Shown here piece by piece: positions 37,254 through 46,945 of a DNA stretch of 52,649 nucleotides. The DNA lies in contig CAZLAN010000001.1 of assembly GCA_964557485.1 (NCBI GenBank), forward strand, positions 1-52,649, written 5' to 3'. The notes under the pieces were generated by a model. The model had not been told where the DNA came from, ran no database searches, and saw only the letters and a list, made by a program, of their open reading frames with translations. The position numbers and the translations under genes are program-made. Source of the stretch: an uncultured Rhodobiaceae bacterium. Lineage in GTDB: Bacteria; Pseudomonadota; Alphaproteobacteria; MED-G09. Every line of letters starts with the position of its first letter. Within the stretch, counting starts at the first letter, position 1.

Positions 37254-37360
37254 TGCATCTTGCCTTTTCTGTATATTTGTAGCTATTTATATAGCTTATT
37301 GAATAAAATATTACGAATTTTGTCTAAAATTGATATTATAATGCAATACAGGATTTAAAA

Positions 37361-38689
37361 ATGGAAGAAAAGACTCTTTTAGAAAACGGAACAATTATTG
37401 ACGGTACTGGTTCAAAACCAAAAAAGGAATCAATTATTTTTGGTAATGGTTGTATTTTAGCAACAGGAAAAGATGCTGATAAAATTGCCAAATCAGATAA
37501 TGTTAATAAAATAGATGCATCTGGCAAAACAGTAATGCCAGGCCTTATTGATTCTCATATACATGTTACTTTTGATGAACCTTCTTCAAATGATGAATTA
37601 TTCTTTCATCGCAGAGAATCCTTGTCGGCAATAATTGCAGCATACAATGCAAGGAAAGTCTTATTAGCAGGTGTAACAAGTTTTTGTGATCCAGATTGTC
37701 TACATGATATTGGAGTTGATTTAAGAGATGCTATCAAAAGTGGTTATGTACAAGGTCCAAGGATGTCAGTTGGCGGAAATGCCCTACTAACTTCCGTTGG
37801 AGGAACTGCAGGAAGATTAATTCCAGATGAAGGTCTAAGAGGTTATGCAAAAATTGTTCAAAGTAAAGATGAAATAATAACTGAAGTTAGGCGACAAATT
37901 AAAAATGGTGTCGATTGGATTAAAGTACATGTTACTGGCCTTATACCAAACCAAAAAGAAGCAGGAGAAATTTCGGTTTGGTCATATGAAGAATTAAAAT
38001 TAGTTTGCGATTTAGCTCATGATCTTGGAATTCCTGTAGTTGGTCATGTAAGAAATGCAAAAGGAGTTAAAGATAGTATAAAAGCAGGAATGGACATGAT
38101 TTTACATGCTACATGGATGGATAAAGAAGCTTTGGATCTTGTTTGTGAACATAAAACTCCAATAGTACCCACTTTAACATTTCAAGCAAATCTAGCAGAA
38201 TTTGGTGAATCGGTTGGAGCTTCGAAGGATTATCGTGAAATATTTAAAAAAGAAATTACTGATAATGTTTCAAATTATAAAAAACTTCATAAAGCAGGTG
38301 TTCCACTATTATGCGGAACGGAGAGCGGATTTTCAATAACCCCTTATGGTGAATGGCATCATAGAGAATTAGAAGTTTTCGTAAATGAAATTGGGATGAC
38401 TAATCTTGAGGCTATCACATGTGCAACTAAAAATGCATCAAAATCAATAAAAATGGAAGGTAAATTAGGAACTTTAGAAAAAGATATGCTTGCAGATATC
38501 CTTATTATCGATGGAGATCCATTAAAAGATATTACTATTTTAGGAGATAAATCTAAAATATCACATATATTTATCGATGGAAAAGAAGTTAACCAAGAAG
38601 TGCCTTATGGTCCAGTGACTTATGCTCAAGGGTGGAGATTATCACCTTTTTCAGATGGAATACTGACTCAAGAACTAACTAAAAAGTAA
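37361..38689 (+). CDS. Metal-dependent amidohydrolase-family protein
   Basis: GKTVMPGLIDSHIHV (HxH metal site), a later VGHV, and a C-terminal ADILIIDGDPLKDI block. Confidence 0.8.
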   Translation: MEEKTLLENGTIIDGTGSKPKKESIIFGNGCILATGKDADKIAKSDNVNKIDASGKTVMPGLIDSHIHVTFDEPSSNDELFFHRRESLSAIIAAYNARKVLLAGVTSFCDPDCLHDIGVDLRDAIKSGYVQGPRMSVGGNALLTSVGGTAGRLIPDEGLRGYAKIVQSKDEIITEVRRQIKNGVDWIKVHVTGLIPNQKEAGEISVWSYEELKLVCDLAHDLGIPVVGHVRNAKGVKDSIKAGMDMILHATWMDKEALDLVCEHKTPIVPTLTFQANLAEFGESVGASKDYREIFKKEITDNVSNYKKLHKAGVPLLCGTESGFSITPYGEWHHRELEVFVNEIGMTNLEAITCATKNASKSIKMEGKLGTLEKDMLADILIIDGDPLKDITILGDKSKISHIFIDGKEVNQEVPYGPVTYAQGWRLSPFSDGILTQELTKK

Positions 38690-38704
38690 GTTATAATTAA
38701 AGAT

Positions 38705-39898
38705 ATGAAAGAATTTAATTTTACAAAATATGAAGAAGCTATAAAGATTTATAGAGATAACAACCTTATGCAAGCCTTATATGATGAAGGTGAAATTATA
38801 ATGGATCAGGTTTTAGTCTGTCTCCATGGTGAAGAGCATAAAAAAAGAAGAAAAGTAGAAAACAAAATTTTTTCTAGAGAAACCTTTCGTCTATATGAAA
38901 CTGAAATATACCCTAAGACTATAAAAGAAACGATAAAACCATTTATTGATTCTGGTAAAATGGACTTAGTTGATTTTGGCTTTAGAGTTCTTCTAAATTT
39001 AACAGCTGACTTTTCAGGAGTTGATAGACCTCTTAAATCACAAGAGGAGACAGAAACTTTAATAAGATTACTTAAAACCTTTGCTTCAGGTGCTACCCTA
39101 GCTCATTCAACTCGTGATCGTGAAGAGGTAAAATCTGAAATAAAATTAGCTTTAAAGGAATTTGAAGAAAGATTTTTAGGGCCCTCAATTGAAAGACGTA
39201 AAGAAATTATAAAAAAATCGGAAGAAGATAATCTACCAAAAGATATTTTAACAGCGCTTTTACTAAATCAAGACAAGCTTAAATTACCACATGATGTTTT
39301 AATGCGAGAAATTGCTTTTTACTTATTAGCTGGAGCTCAAACTTCAATTCATTCTTTAGTGCATACTTTCCACGAAATTATGACTTGGATTGAAAAAAAC
39401 CCTGATCAAAAAAATAGAATAAACGATCCAATTTTTATACAAAAATGTGTTCATGAAAGCACGAGATTACATCCTTCGAGTCCTGTGGCTTGGAGAAAAC
39501 CTGTCTGTCCAGTAAATCTTCCTAATAATGAACAAGCTGTCGAGGGTGATAAAGTTATTATAGATTTATATAATTGTAATCGTGATAAAGAAATTTTTGG
39601 CGATGATGCAAAAGAATTTAATCCAGAAAGAAAAGCTCCAAGCGGTCAAAATGTTTATGGATTATCTTTTGGACTAGGTATGCATTCGTGTATTGGAAGA
39701 AATTTGGCGGCAGGAGTTGTTCCTAAAAAAGATACCGATCCTGATAACCATCATTACGGAACTGTTGCATTAATAATAAGAAAATTATTTGAAAATAATG
39801 CCCTTCCTAACCCTAATGATCCTCCTAAAATGGATGAAAAGACTAAACGACCAAACTGGGGATATTATCCTATAATTCTAAATTCAGATAAGGTCTAA
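38705..39898 (+). CDS. Cytochrome P450 (397 aa)
   Basis: Cys-ligand loop FGLGMHSCIGRNL, ExxR in HESTRLHP, and I-helix AGAQTS. Confidence 0.88.
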   Translation: MKEFNFTKYEEAIKIYRDNNLMQALYDEGEIIMDQVLVCLHGEEHKKRRKVENKIFSRETFRLYETEIYPKTIKETIKPFIDSGKMDLVDFGFRVLLNLTADFSGVDRPLKSQEETETLIRLLKTFASGATLAHSTRDREEVKSEIKLALKEFEERFLGPSIERRKEIIKKSEEDNLPKDILTALLLNQDKLKLPHDVLMREIAFYLLAGAQTSIHSLVHTFHEIMTWIEKNPDQKNRINDPIFIQKCVHESTRLHPSSPVAWRKPVCPVNLPNNEQAVEGDKVIIDLYNCNRDKEIFGDDAKEFNPERKAPSGQNVYGLSFGLGMHSCIGRNLAAGVVPKKDTDPDNHHYGTVALIIRKLFENNALPNPNDPPKMDEKTKRPNWGYYPIILNSDKV

Positions 39899-39902
39899 AT
39901 TC

Positions 39903-41111
39903 TTGAAACAATACGAAACATCAAATTATGACACTATAAAAAAAGCGTTAGTCAATAGGGATCTTAAGCAAGCTTTATATGATAAAGGAAAAGTAATAAT
40001 GGATGGTGTTCTTTTGACACTTCATGGAGAAGAACACCACAAAAGAAGAAAACTTGAACACAAAGTTTTTCAAAGAGATTTCTTTAGGTATTATGAGCAT
40101 GAACTTTTTCCTAAAACACTTGATGAAACTCTCAAACCATTTATTAAAAAGAAATCAGCTGATTTAATTGATTTTGGATACAGAATAACAATGAATTTGA
40201 CCGCTGATTTTGCTGGAATTGATAGACTAGAAAAAACTCCAGCGGAAACTGAAAAATTACTATCTCTTGTCAAGACATTTAGCCAAGGAGCAACATTAGT
40301 TCATTCGAAAAGACCTCACGAAGAAGTTAATAAAGAAGTTATAGATGCTCTAGAAATTTTTGAAAAAGACTTTTTAATTCCATCAAAAATGAGAAGAGAA
40401 AAATTAATAAAGAAATTTAATAATAATGAAGTAAATGAAAATGAATTACCTAGAGATGTATTAACAGTTCTTATAAGGAATGTTGATAATATAGAATTAA
40501 ATGATGAACTTATTAAAAGGGAAATAGCGTTTTATCTTCAGGCAGGTTCGCACAGCACAGCAAACTCAATGACACATGCAATCCATGAAATCTTAAAGTG
40601 GATTGATAATGACGAAGGTAAACTTTTAAAGATTAATAGTGATCCATTATTTCTACAAAAATGTGTTCATGAAAGCATGAGATTGCATCCTGCAAGTCCA
40701 GTTGCATGGAGAAAATCAACTTGCGCTATTAATCTTGAAAAGGAGATAAACCTTAAGAAAGATGATTTGCTAATTATGGATCTACATACAGCAAATAGGA
40801 GTAAAGAAATTTTTGGTAAAGATGCCAATAGCTTTAATCCTTTCAGAAAATTAGATTCTCAGCAAAATTTATGGGGTTTAACTTTTGGAATTGGTCTTCA
40901 CTTATGCTTTGGTAGAGACTTAGACGGAGGTTTAATTCCTGAAAAAAATACAAACCCAGATACACACCAATATGGAATTGTTACATTGTTGATAAAAAAG
41001 CTTTTTGAGCATAAAGTTCAATTAGATCCTAATAATCTACCAAAGGAAGATGAAAAGACAGAACGCCCAAATTGGGGCAAATACCCAATAATTTTTGGAG
41101 AAAGAAAATGA
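39903..41111 (+). CDS. Cytochrome P450 (402 aa), tandem paralog
   Basis: FGIGLHLCFGRDL, HESMRLHP, and AGSHST. It is collinear with the preceding P450 from the first residues (MKQYETSNYD vs MKEFNFTKYE), which supports the TTG start at 39903. Confidence 0.85.
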   Translation: MKQYETSNYDTIKKALVNRDLKQALYDKGKVIMDGVLLTLHGEEHHKRRKLEHKVFQRDFFRYYEHELFPKTLDETLKPFIKKKSADLIDFGYRITMNLTADFAGIDRLEKTPAETEKLLSLVKTFSQGATLVHSKRPHEEVNKEVIDALEIFEKDFLIPSKMRREKLIKKFNNNEVNENELPRDVLTVLIRNVDNIELNDELIKREIAFYLQAGSHSTANSMTHAIHEILKWIDNDEGKLLKINSDPLFLQKCVHESMRLHPASPVAWRKSTCAINLEKEINLKKDDLLIMDLHTANRSKEIFGKDANSFNPFRKLDSQQNLWGLTFGIGLHLCFGRDLDGGLIPEKNTNPDTHQYGIVTLLIKKLFEHKVQLDPNNLPKEDEKTERPNWGKYPIIFGERK

Positions 41112-41848
41112 AGAATGCATTAGTTACTGGATCAAGTAATGGAATTGGTCTTGAAATTGCAAAAAAACTTAGCAAAAACAATTATCATGTTGGAATGATA
41201 GATATAGATGAAGATAACCTCATTAAGGAAAGCAAAGAAATAGAAAATAGTATGCCTATAGTGGGTGATGTAACTGATGAAGAATCAATAAAAAATGCTG
41301 TAAGTAAATATGGAAAAACACCGGATTTATTAGTTAACAATGCTGGAATAGTTTTATTTGGAGGGCTAGAAGAACAAAGCATACAAGATTTCAAAAAAAG
41401 TGTTGATATAAGTTTAATAGGTTCATATTTAGTTTCAAGAATACTAATAAATCTTATGATAAAGAATAAATCTGGATGTATAATAAATATGTCTTCAATA
41501 AATGGGATTCACCCTGGGGCAGGAACTGGTGGATATCCTGCAGCTAAAGCTGGAATTGTTTCTCTTACCCAACAGATGGCTATTGAGTGGGGTCCGTATG
41601 GAATTAGGGTAAATTCTATTGCTCCAGGTTTTATAGATGCTGGTATGTCAAAACCAATCTATGCAGAACCTAAAGTTAGAGAATTAAGAGGGAATGCTGT
41701 ACCATCTAAAAGATTAGGTGAGGCAGAAGATATCGCTAATGCAGTAATTTTCTTAGCCTCCGAAAATGCTTCTTATATAAATGGGCATAATCTTGTTGTT
41801 GATGGTGGCGTCATAAACAGTGTATTAGCCCAACTTCCAAGAGAATAA
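41108..41848 (+). CDS. SDR-family oxidoreductase
   Basis: TGSSNGIGLEIA, NNAG, and YPAAKAG. The start is set at the ATG at 41108 (ATGA overlap with the P450 stop) rather than the ORF-track 41072. Confidence 0.85.
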   Translation: MKNALVTGSSNGIGLEIAKKLSKNNYHVGMIDIDEDNLIKESKEIENSMPIVGDVTDEESIKNAVSKYGKTPDLLVNNAGIVLFGGLEEQSIQDFKKSVDISLIGSYLVSRILINLMIKNKSGCIINMSSINGIHPGAGTGGYPAAKAGIVSLTQQMAIEWGPYGIRVNSIAPGFIDAGMSKPIYAEPKVRELRGNAVPSKRLGEAEDIANAVIFLASENASYINGHNLVVDGGVINSVLAQLPRE

Positions 41849-42534
41849 TGAAAAAAAACTTAATAATTTCTGGTGGAATTTTTCATCCATTTGAGGATAC
41901 TTCAAAATCTCTTTCAAAAATAATGTCTGATTTAGATTATCAATCCGAAATCACCATGGATATAGAAGAAGCATTTAGGAATCTTGAAGATTATGATCTT
42001 TTAACATTAAATGCTCTTAGATGGAGAATGCTAAATCATGAAAAATATCTTCCATATATTGATGAATGGCAATTTAGTTTATCTGAAGAAGGTCAAAAAA
42101 ATTTATATAATTATATGATGAGTGGAGGATTATTAATTGCTTTTCATACATCCTCTATATGCTTTGATGATTGGAAAGATTATTCAAAAATTTTAGGAGG
42201 TAAATGGGTTTGGGACCAAACTTTTCATCCTCCATATGGTCCTGTAGAAATATCTCCTATATTAGATCACGAAATATCTAATAAATTAAAACCTTTTTAT
42301 CTTAATGATGAAATTTACCATAACCTTGAATTAGAGGCATCATCTAAACCTTTTTTAACAGGAAAGACTAAAGAAACCGATGAAGAACATATAATTGCCT
42401 GGACATATAAAATTGGAAAAGGAAAGGTAGTTTATAATTCATTGGGGCACGATTCTAAATCTCTAGAAAGTGATGAATTTTCTGAAATAATTAGAAGATC
42501 AATTCATTGGATTGAAGGAAAAAATAATGAATGA
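41848..42534 (+). CDS. ThuA-like (trehalose-utilisation, class-I glutamine-amidotransferase-like fold) domain protein
   Basis: The pattern GGLLIAFHTS ... WKDYSKILGGKW ... HEI ... DEIYH ... GKVVYNSLGHD follows the ThuA domain consensus. The start shares one base with the preceding stop (TAATG). Confidence 0.6.
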   Translation: MKKNLIISGGIFHPFEDTSKSLSKIMSDLDYQSEITMDIEEAFRNLEDYDLLTLNALRWRMLNHEKYLPYIDEWQFSLSEEGQKNLYNYMMSGGLLIAFHTSSICFDDWKDYSKILGGKWVWDQTFHPPYGPVEISPILDHEISNKLKPFYLNDEIYHNLELEASSKPFLTGKTKETDEEHIIAWTYKIGKGKVVYNSLGHDSKSLESDEFSEIIRRSIHWIEGKNNE

Positions 42535-43288
42535 GATAAAAAATAAATCAATACTAATTACTGGAGGAGCTACAGGAATAGGTTTTGCAATGGCAAAAAG
42601 GTATTCCGAAAAAGGTGCTTTAGTTACAATTTGTGGTAGGAGAAAAGAAAAAATTGAAAAAGCGTTAGAATTATTAAATGATAATGTAAAAGGCTTAATA
42701 GCTGATGTAACAGTAGATTCTGATAGAAATAAAATTATTGAAATCACAATTAATCATGGAAGAAAAATTGATATCTTAATTAATAATGCAGGAAATATGT
42801 ATCGGGGTAATATTGATGAGCTAGAAGAGGAAAAACTTATAGAAATCTTTAACTCAAATGTAATTTCAGGGATGATGCTACTAGGAAAAGCTAAAAAACA
42901 TCTAAAAAAATCTGAAGGAGTCAATATTTTCATTGGATCAGTACATAACAGAAGAGCATTTCCAGGTGCATCACCATACGCAGCAACAAAAGGTGCACTT
43001 GAGACACTAACTAAAGTATTAGCAGCTGAATTAGGAAAAGATAAAATAAGAGTTAATTGCGTTGTTCCAGGTGCTGTTTTTACTGAAATTAATCAAAGAG
43101 CAGGATTATTTGATGATAAAACAGCAAAAAAAAGGTTGGATTCAATGTCCAAGATCCATGCATTAGGAAGAATAGGAGAGCCAGAAGAGATTGCTGAAGC
43201 AGTTGAATATTTGATTTCTTCTAAATGGACCACGGGCGCAATTCTAGATGTGGATGGTGGTTTAGGATTAGGTTTAACTGAAGGTTAA
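42527..43288 (+). CDS. SDR-family oxidoreductase
   Basis: TGGATGIGFAMA, NNAG, and YAATKGA. The ATG at 42527 overlaps the ThuA-like stop by 8 nt. The ORF track used a TTG at 42512. Confidence 0.85.
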   Translation: MNEIKNKSILITGGATGIGFAMAKRYSEKGALVTICGRRKEKIEKALELLNDNVKGLIADVTVDSDRNKIIEITINHGRKIDILINNAGNMYRGNIDELEEEKLIEIFNSNVISGMMLLGKAKKHLKKSEGVNIFIGSVHNRRAFPGASPYAATKGALETLTKVLAAELGKDKIRVNCVVPGAVFTEINQRAGLFDDKTAKKRLDSMSKIHALGRIGEPEEIAEAVEYLISSKWTTGAILDVDGGLGLGLTEG

Positions 43289-44080
43289 TTAGATAGGTAA
43301 ACTTGAAACCCCTCCATCGACAGCAATTGATTGACCAGTAATATAACTGGCTCTTTCTGAAGATAAAAATGCTACTAATGCTGCTAACTCTTCCGCTTCA
43401 CCAACTCTTTTAGCAGGTATTCCGCTGGCTATAGATTCTATAATATCTTCTTTAGAACTTTTTGAAGACTCTGCTTGATTATTAATTAAATCATTAACTC
43501 TTTCTGTATGCGTAAACCCAGGACAAACATTATTTATCAAAACATTGTAAGAAGCTACTTGATTAGACAAAGTTTTAGACCAACCATGAATAGACATGCG
43601 AACACCATTAGAAAGTATAAGATTGTCAATAGGTTGTTTAGCAGAAACAGAACTTATATTAACAATTCTTCCCCATTTATTTTCTTTCATGGATGGTAGC
43701 ACTTTTCTAGTTACTCTAACCGCAGATAAAAAGGTTGATTCAAAAGCCTTTATCCAATCTTCATCAGATATATCTTCAAAAAATCCAGCCTTAGGACCTC
43801 CAGTATTATTAACCAAAATCTCTATAGCCCCATAATTATTTTGAACTGATTCAATAAGATTAGAAATTTCATTATCATTATCTAAATTTGTTGGAAAACT
43901 TATAACTTCAGCACCAGTTAAATTTATAATTTCTTTAGCAGTACCTTCAATTTTCTTTTCATCACGTGAACAAATAGCTAGTTTAACTCCTTCTTTAGCT
44001 AACTCTATAGCTGAAGCTTTTCCTAAACCCTGACTAGCTGCTGTTACAAGTGCAACTTTACCCTTTAACCCTAGATCCAT
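43289..44080 (-). CDS. SDR-family oxidoreductase
   Basis: The N-terminal glycine motif is degenerate (TAASQGLGKASA). NNTGG is present, but the usual Y-x-x-x-K appears changed, and a C-terminal SDR block remains (ASYITGQSIAVDGG). Its stop abuts the convergent SDR with no gap. Confidence 0.8.
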   Translation of the reverse strand: MDLGLKGKVALVTAASQGLGKASAIELAKEGVKLAICSRDEKKIEGTAKEIINLTGAEVISFPTNLDNDNEISNLIESVQNNYGAIEILVNNTGGPKAGFFEDISDEDWIKAFESTFLSAVRVTRKVLPSMKENKWGRIVNISSVSAKQPIDNLILSNGVRMSIHGWSKTLSNQVASYNVLINNVCPGFTHTERVNDLINNQAESSKSSKEDIIESIASGIPAKRVGEAEELAALVAFLSSERASYITGQSIAVDGGVSSLPI

Positions 44081-44176
44081 TTTATCCCCAAAAAAAAATT
44101 ACTATGTTATTATATAATGCATCATTGATAATTAATGCAGTAAATTTATAATTTTAATTAATTTATAAGGTTTAAA

Positions 44177-46528
44177 ATGTCTGATAAAGGTCTTGGTCAA
44201 TCTGTAAAAAGAAAAGAGGATTTCCGCTTCATAACAGGGAAAGGTAATTATACCGACGATATAGTTCTTCCCCATCAGTTATATGCCTATTTTTTAAGAT
44301 CCCCAGTGGCTCACGCTAAATTAAAATCTATTGATATTGAAGAAGCGAAAGAAAGTAATGGAGTTCAAGCAGTTTATACTGGAAAAGATACTGATGCTTT
44401 TTTACCTTGCGGATGGGAAACACCTACAAGGGAAGGTACACCCCCAATGGCTGAACCTCCTTGGCCATTATTTGCTCAAGAAAAGATAAGATTTGTAGGA
44501 GAAATAATTGCTGTCGTAATAGCTGAAACAATAAACCAAGCTAAAGATGCTTGTGAATTAATTAAGTTTGATTATGAAGAATTGGATGCAGTTGTTTCAC
44601 CAGAAAAAGCATTAAAAAATGGCGCGGAATTGATTTGGAAAGATATACCTAATAATCAGTGTTTTGACTGGGAATTAGGAGAAAAAGAAAATACAGATAA
44701 CGCTTTTAAAAATGCTAAATACTCGGCATCAATTGAAATTCTTAATAATAGATTGGTACCAAATGCTATGGAGCCAAGATCTTATATTGGATATTATGAT
44801 AAAGGAAAAGATGAATATATCCTTTATACAACAACACAACTTCCCCATATAATTAGAATGCTTGTTTGTGGTGTTCTTGGGTTAGAAGAACAGAAAGTAA
44901 GAGTTATTTCACCAGATGTTGGAGGTGGTTTTGGATCAAAGGCTTTTCATTATGCTGAGGAGTCAATTGTTACATGGGCATCTAAAAAATTAGAAAAACC
45001 TATTAAATGGACCTCAGAAAGAAGTGAGGCCTTTATTAGTGATAGACATGGAAGAGATCATATAACTAAAGCTGAAGTAGCAATAGATAAGGATGGTAAT
45101 TTTCTTGCTATGAGAGTTAATACGATTGCAGCTCTAGGCGGTTATTTATCTGGATCTGGACCTGCAATACCAACTTTCTTCTATGGACCGTTAATACCCG
45201 GACCATATAAAACACCTAATTTTTATTGTAATGTTAGAGGAGTTTTTACTAATACAGTTCCTGTTGATGCTTATAGAGGCGCTGGAAGGCCTGAAGCAAC
45301 ATATGTTACTGAAAGATTAGTGGAGGCAGCAGCCGAAATTACAGGGATAGACTCTATAGAATTACGAAGAAAAAACTTTATACAAGCTGATCAATTTCCT
45401 TACAGCTCACCAGGTGCATTAACTTATGATAGTGGGGATTATGAAGCGACACTCAATTCAGCACTTAAAAGCATAGATTACCATAACTTTAACAAAAGAA
45501 AAAATGAATCAATAGAGAACGGAAAACTAAGAGGCTTAGGAATATCTTGCTATATAGAAGCATGTGGAGTTGCACCTTCTAAACTAACTTTAGAAGCTGG
45601 TGGAAGGGGTGGTTATTATGAGTCATCAACAGTAAGAATTAACCCTACAGGTTCAGTTACAGTTTTTACTGGATCACATTCGCATGGGCAAGGTCATGAA
45701 ACAGTTTTCGCACAATTGGTTCACGAAAAACTTGGAGTACCGTTTGAATCAGTAGATGTTGTCCATGGAGATACTGGGAGAGTACCTTTTGGTGTTGGAA
45801 CGGTAGGTTCTCGTTCCTTAGCTGTAGGTGGTCCAGCTCTAATGAGATCCTTAGATAAAATAATAGAAAAAGGAAAGAAGATTGCCGCACATTTATTAGA
45901 CTCAACTGATAAAGAAATTATATTTGCAAATGGTGAATTTTCGGTATCAAATACCAATAAATTTATAACTTTTACTGATGTTGTTGGTGCTGCATATGTT
46001 CCAGGAAACTATCCAATAGAAACTTTAGAACCAGGTCTTGAAGAAACTTCCTTTTATGATCCTCCAAACCTAACTTATCCAGCAGGAGCTCATATTTGTG
46101 AAATTGAAATTGATCCAGATACAGGAAATATTGAAATAGTAGATTATTGTGTTTCAGATGATTTTGGAATTGTTATGAATCCAATGATAGTAGAAGGACA
46201 AGTTCATGGAGGGGTTGCCCAAGGCATTGGTCAGGCACTTTATGAAAATTGTATTTATGAAGAAAATACTGCCCAATTAATTAATGGTTCTTTTATGGAC
46301 TATGTTATGCCAAGGGCAGACAATGTTCCACATATGGTTGTTAAAACAGAAGTTACGCCATGCGCCCATGGGTTAGGTGTAAAAGGATGCGGAGAAGCTG
46401 GGGCAATAGCTGCTCCGCCAGCTGTAGTACACGCAATTCTCGATGCCCTTAAAGAAAAAGGAATTAAAAATTTTGATATGCCAGCAACACCTAATAAAGT
46501 CTGGAATGCAATAAATAATAAAGTTTAA
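44177..46528 (+). CDS. Molybdopterin-binding large subunit of the xanthine dehydrogenase / CoxL family (form-II CoxL-like)
   Basis: GQSVKRKEDFRFITGKG N-terminus, GGGFGSK, the active-site loop AYRGAGRPEA, and a C-terminal GVKGCGEAG. No small (2Fe-2S) or medium (FAD) subunit gene is adjacent. Confidence 0.88.
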   Translation: MSDKGLGQSVKRKEDFRFITGKGNYTDDIVLPHQLYAYFLRSPVAHAKLKSIDIEEAKESNGVQAVYTGKDTDAFLPCGWETPTREGTPPMAEPPWPLFAQEKIRFVGEIIAVVIAETINQAKDACELIKFDYEELDAVVSPEKALKNGAELIWKDIPNNQCFDWELGEKENTDNAFKNAKYSASIEILNNRLVPNAMEPRSYIGYYDKGKDEYILYTTTQLPHIIRMLVCGVLGLEEQKVRVISPDVGGGFGSKAFHYAEESIVTWASKKLEKPIKWTSERSEAFISDRHGRDHITKAEVAIDKDGNFLAMRVNTIAALGGYLSGSGPAIPTFFYGPLIPGPYKTPNFYCNVRGVFTNTVPVDAYRGAGRPEATYVTERLVEAAAEITGIDSIELRRKNFIQADQFPYSSPGALTYDSGDYEATLNSALKSIDYHNFNKRKNESIENGKLRGLGISCYIEACGVAPSKLTLEAGGRGGYYESSTVRINPTGSVTVFTGSHSHGQGHETVFAQLVHEKLGVPFESVDVVHGDTGRVPFGVGTVGSRSLAVGGPALMRSLDKIIEKGKKIAAHLLDSTDKEIIFANGEFSVSNTNKFITFTDVVGAAYVPGNYPIETLEPGLEETSFYDPPNLTYPAGAHICEIEIDPDTGNIEIVDYCVSDDFGIVMNPMIVEGQVHGGVAQGIGQALYENCIYEENTAQLINGSFMDYVMPRADNVPHMVVKTEVTPCAHGLGVKGCGEAGAIAAPPAVVHAILDALKEKGIKNFDMPATPNKVWNAINNKV

Positions 46529-46944
46529 GGCTTAAAAACTACTAGAAACACTATAATAATCATTATTAAAGTTGGTAATTCATTAATAATCCGAAAAAAT
46601 TTCGATGAATAATTATTATTGTCTTTAGCAAAATTTCGTAAACATTGACCTAAGAAAATATGGAAAAGAGTCATTAAAACAACAAAAAGAAATTTTATAA
46701 TTAACCATAGCTGATAACCATTAAAATAAAATAATGTTAATCCAGTAATCCATGCCAATGCAATGGCAGGATTCATAATTATTCGATAAAGTTTATTTTC
46801 CATTATTTTGAATATACTAGAAGTTTCCTGATTATTTTTTACTTTATCTTCGCTATGATAGACGAATAATCTTGGTAAATATAATAAACCTGCCATCCAA
46901 GCAATAATAGAAATTATATGAATTGCTAAAAAAAACGAATACAT
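46525..46944 (-). CDS. hemJ: HemJ-type protoporphyrinogen IX oxidase (UPF0093 / TIGR00701)
   Basis: IHIISIIAWMAGLLYLPRLFVYH plus further TM helices. The start is set at the ATG at 46944, preceded by AAGGTGG and 1 nt after the hemF stop. The ORF-track start at 46962 would overlap hemF. Confidence 0.8.
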   Translation of the reverse strand: MYSFFLAIHIISIIAWMAGLLYLPRLFVYHSEDKVKNNQETSSIFKIMENKLYRIIMNPAIALAWITGLTLFYFNGYQLWLIIKFLFVVLMTLFHIFLGQCLRNFAKDNNNYSSKFFRIINELPTLIMIIIVFLVVFKP

Positions 46945-46945
46945 A

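Noticed and set aside
37282-37297. A short palindrome (AGCTAT-TTAT-ATAGCT) in the divergent promoter between the MotA-like operon and the amidohydrolase.
   Set aside because: Arms of only 6 bp in AT-rich DNA are well within chance expectation without conservation data.
37361-46528. The P450/SDR cluster as a secondary-metabolite biosynthetic gene cluster.
   Set aside because: No scaffold-forming enzyme (PKS, NRPS, terpene synthase, RiPP precursor), no transporter and no regulator is present. The composition fits catabolism or modification better, so I report it only as an uncharacterised oxidative cluster.
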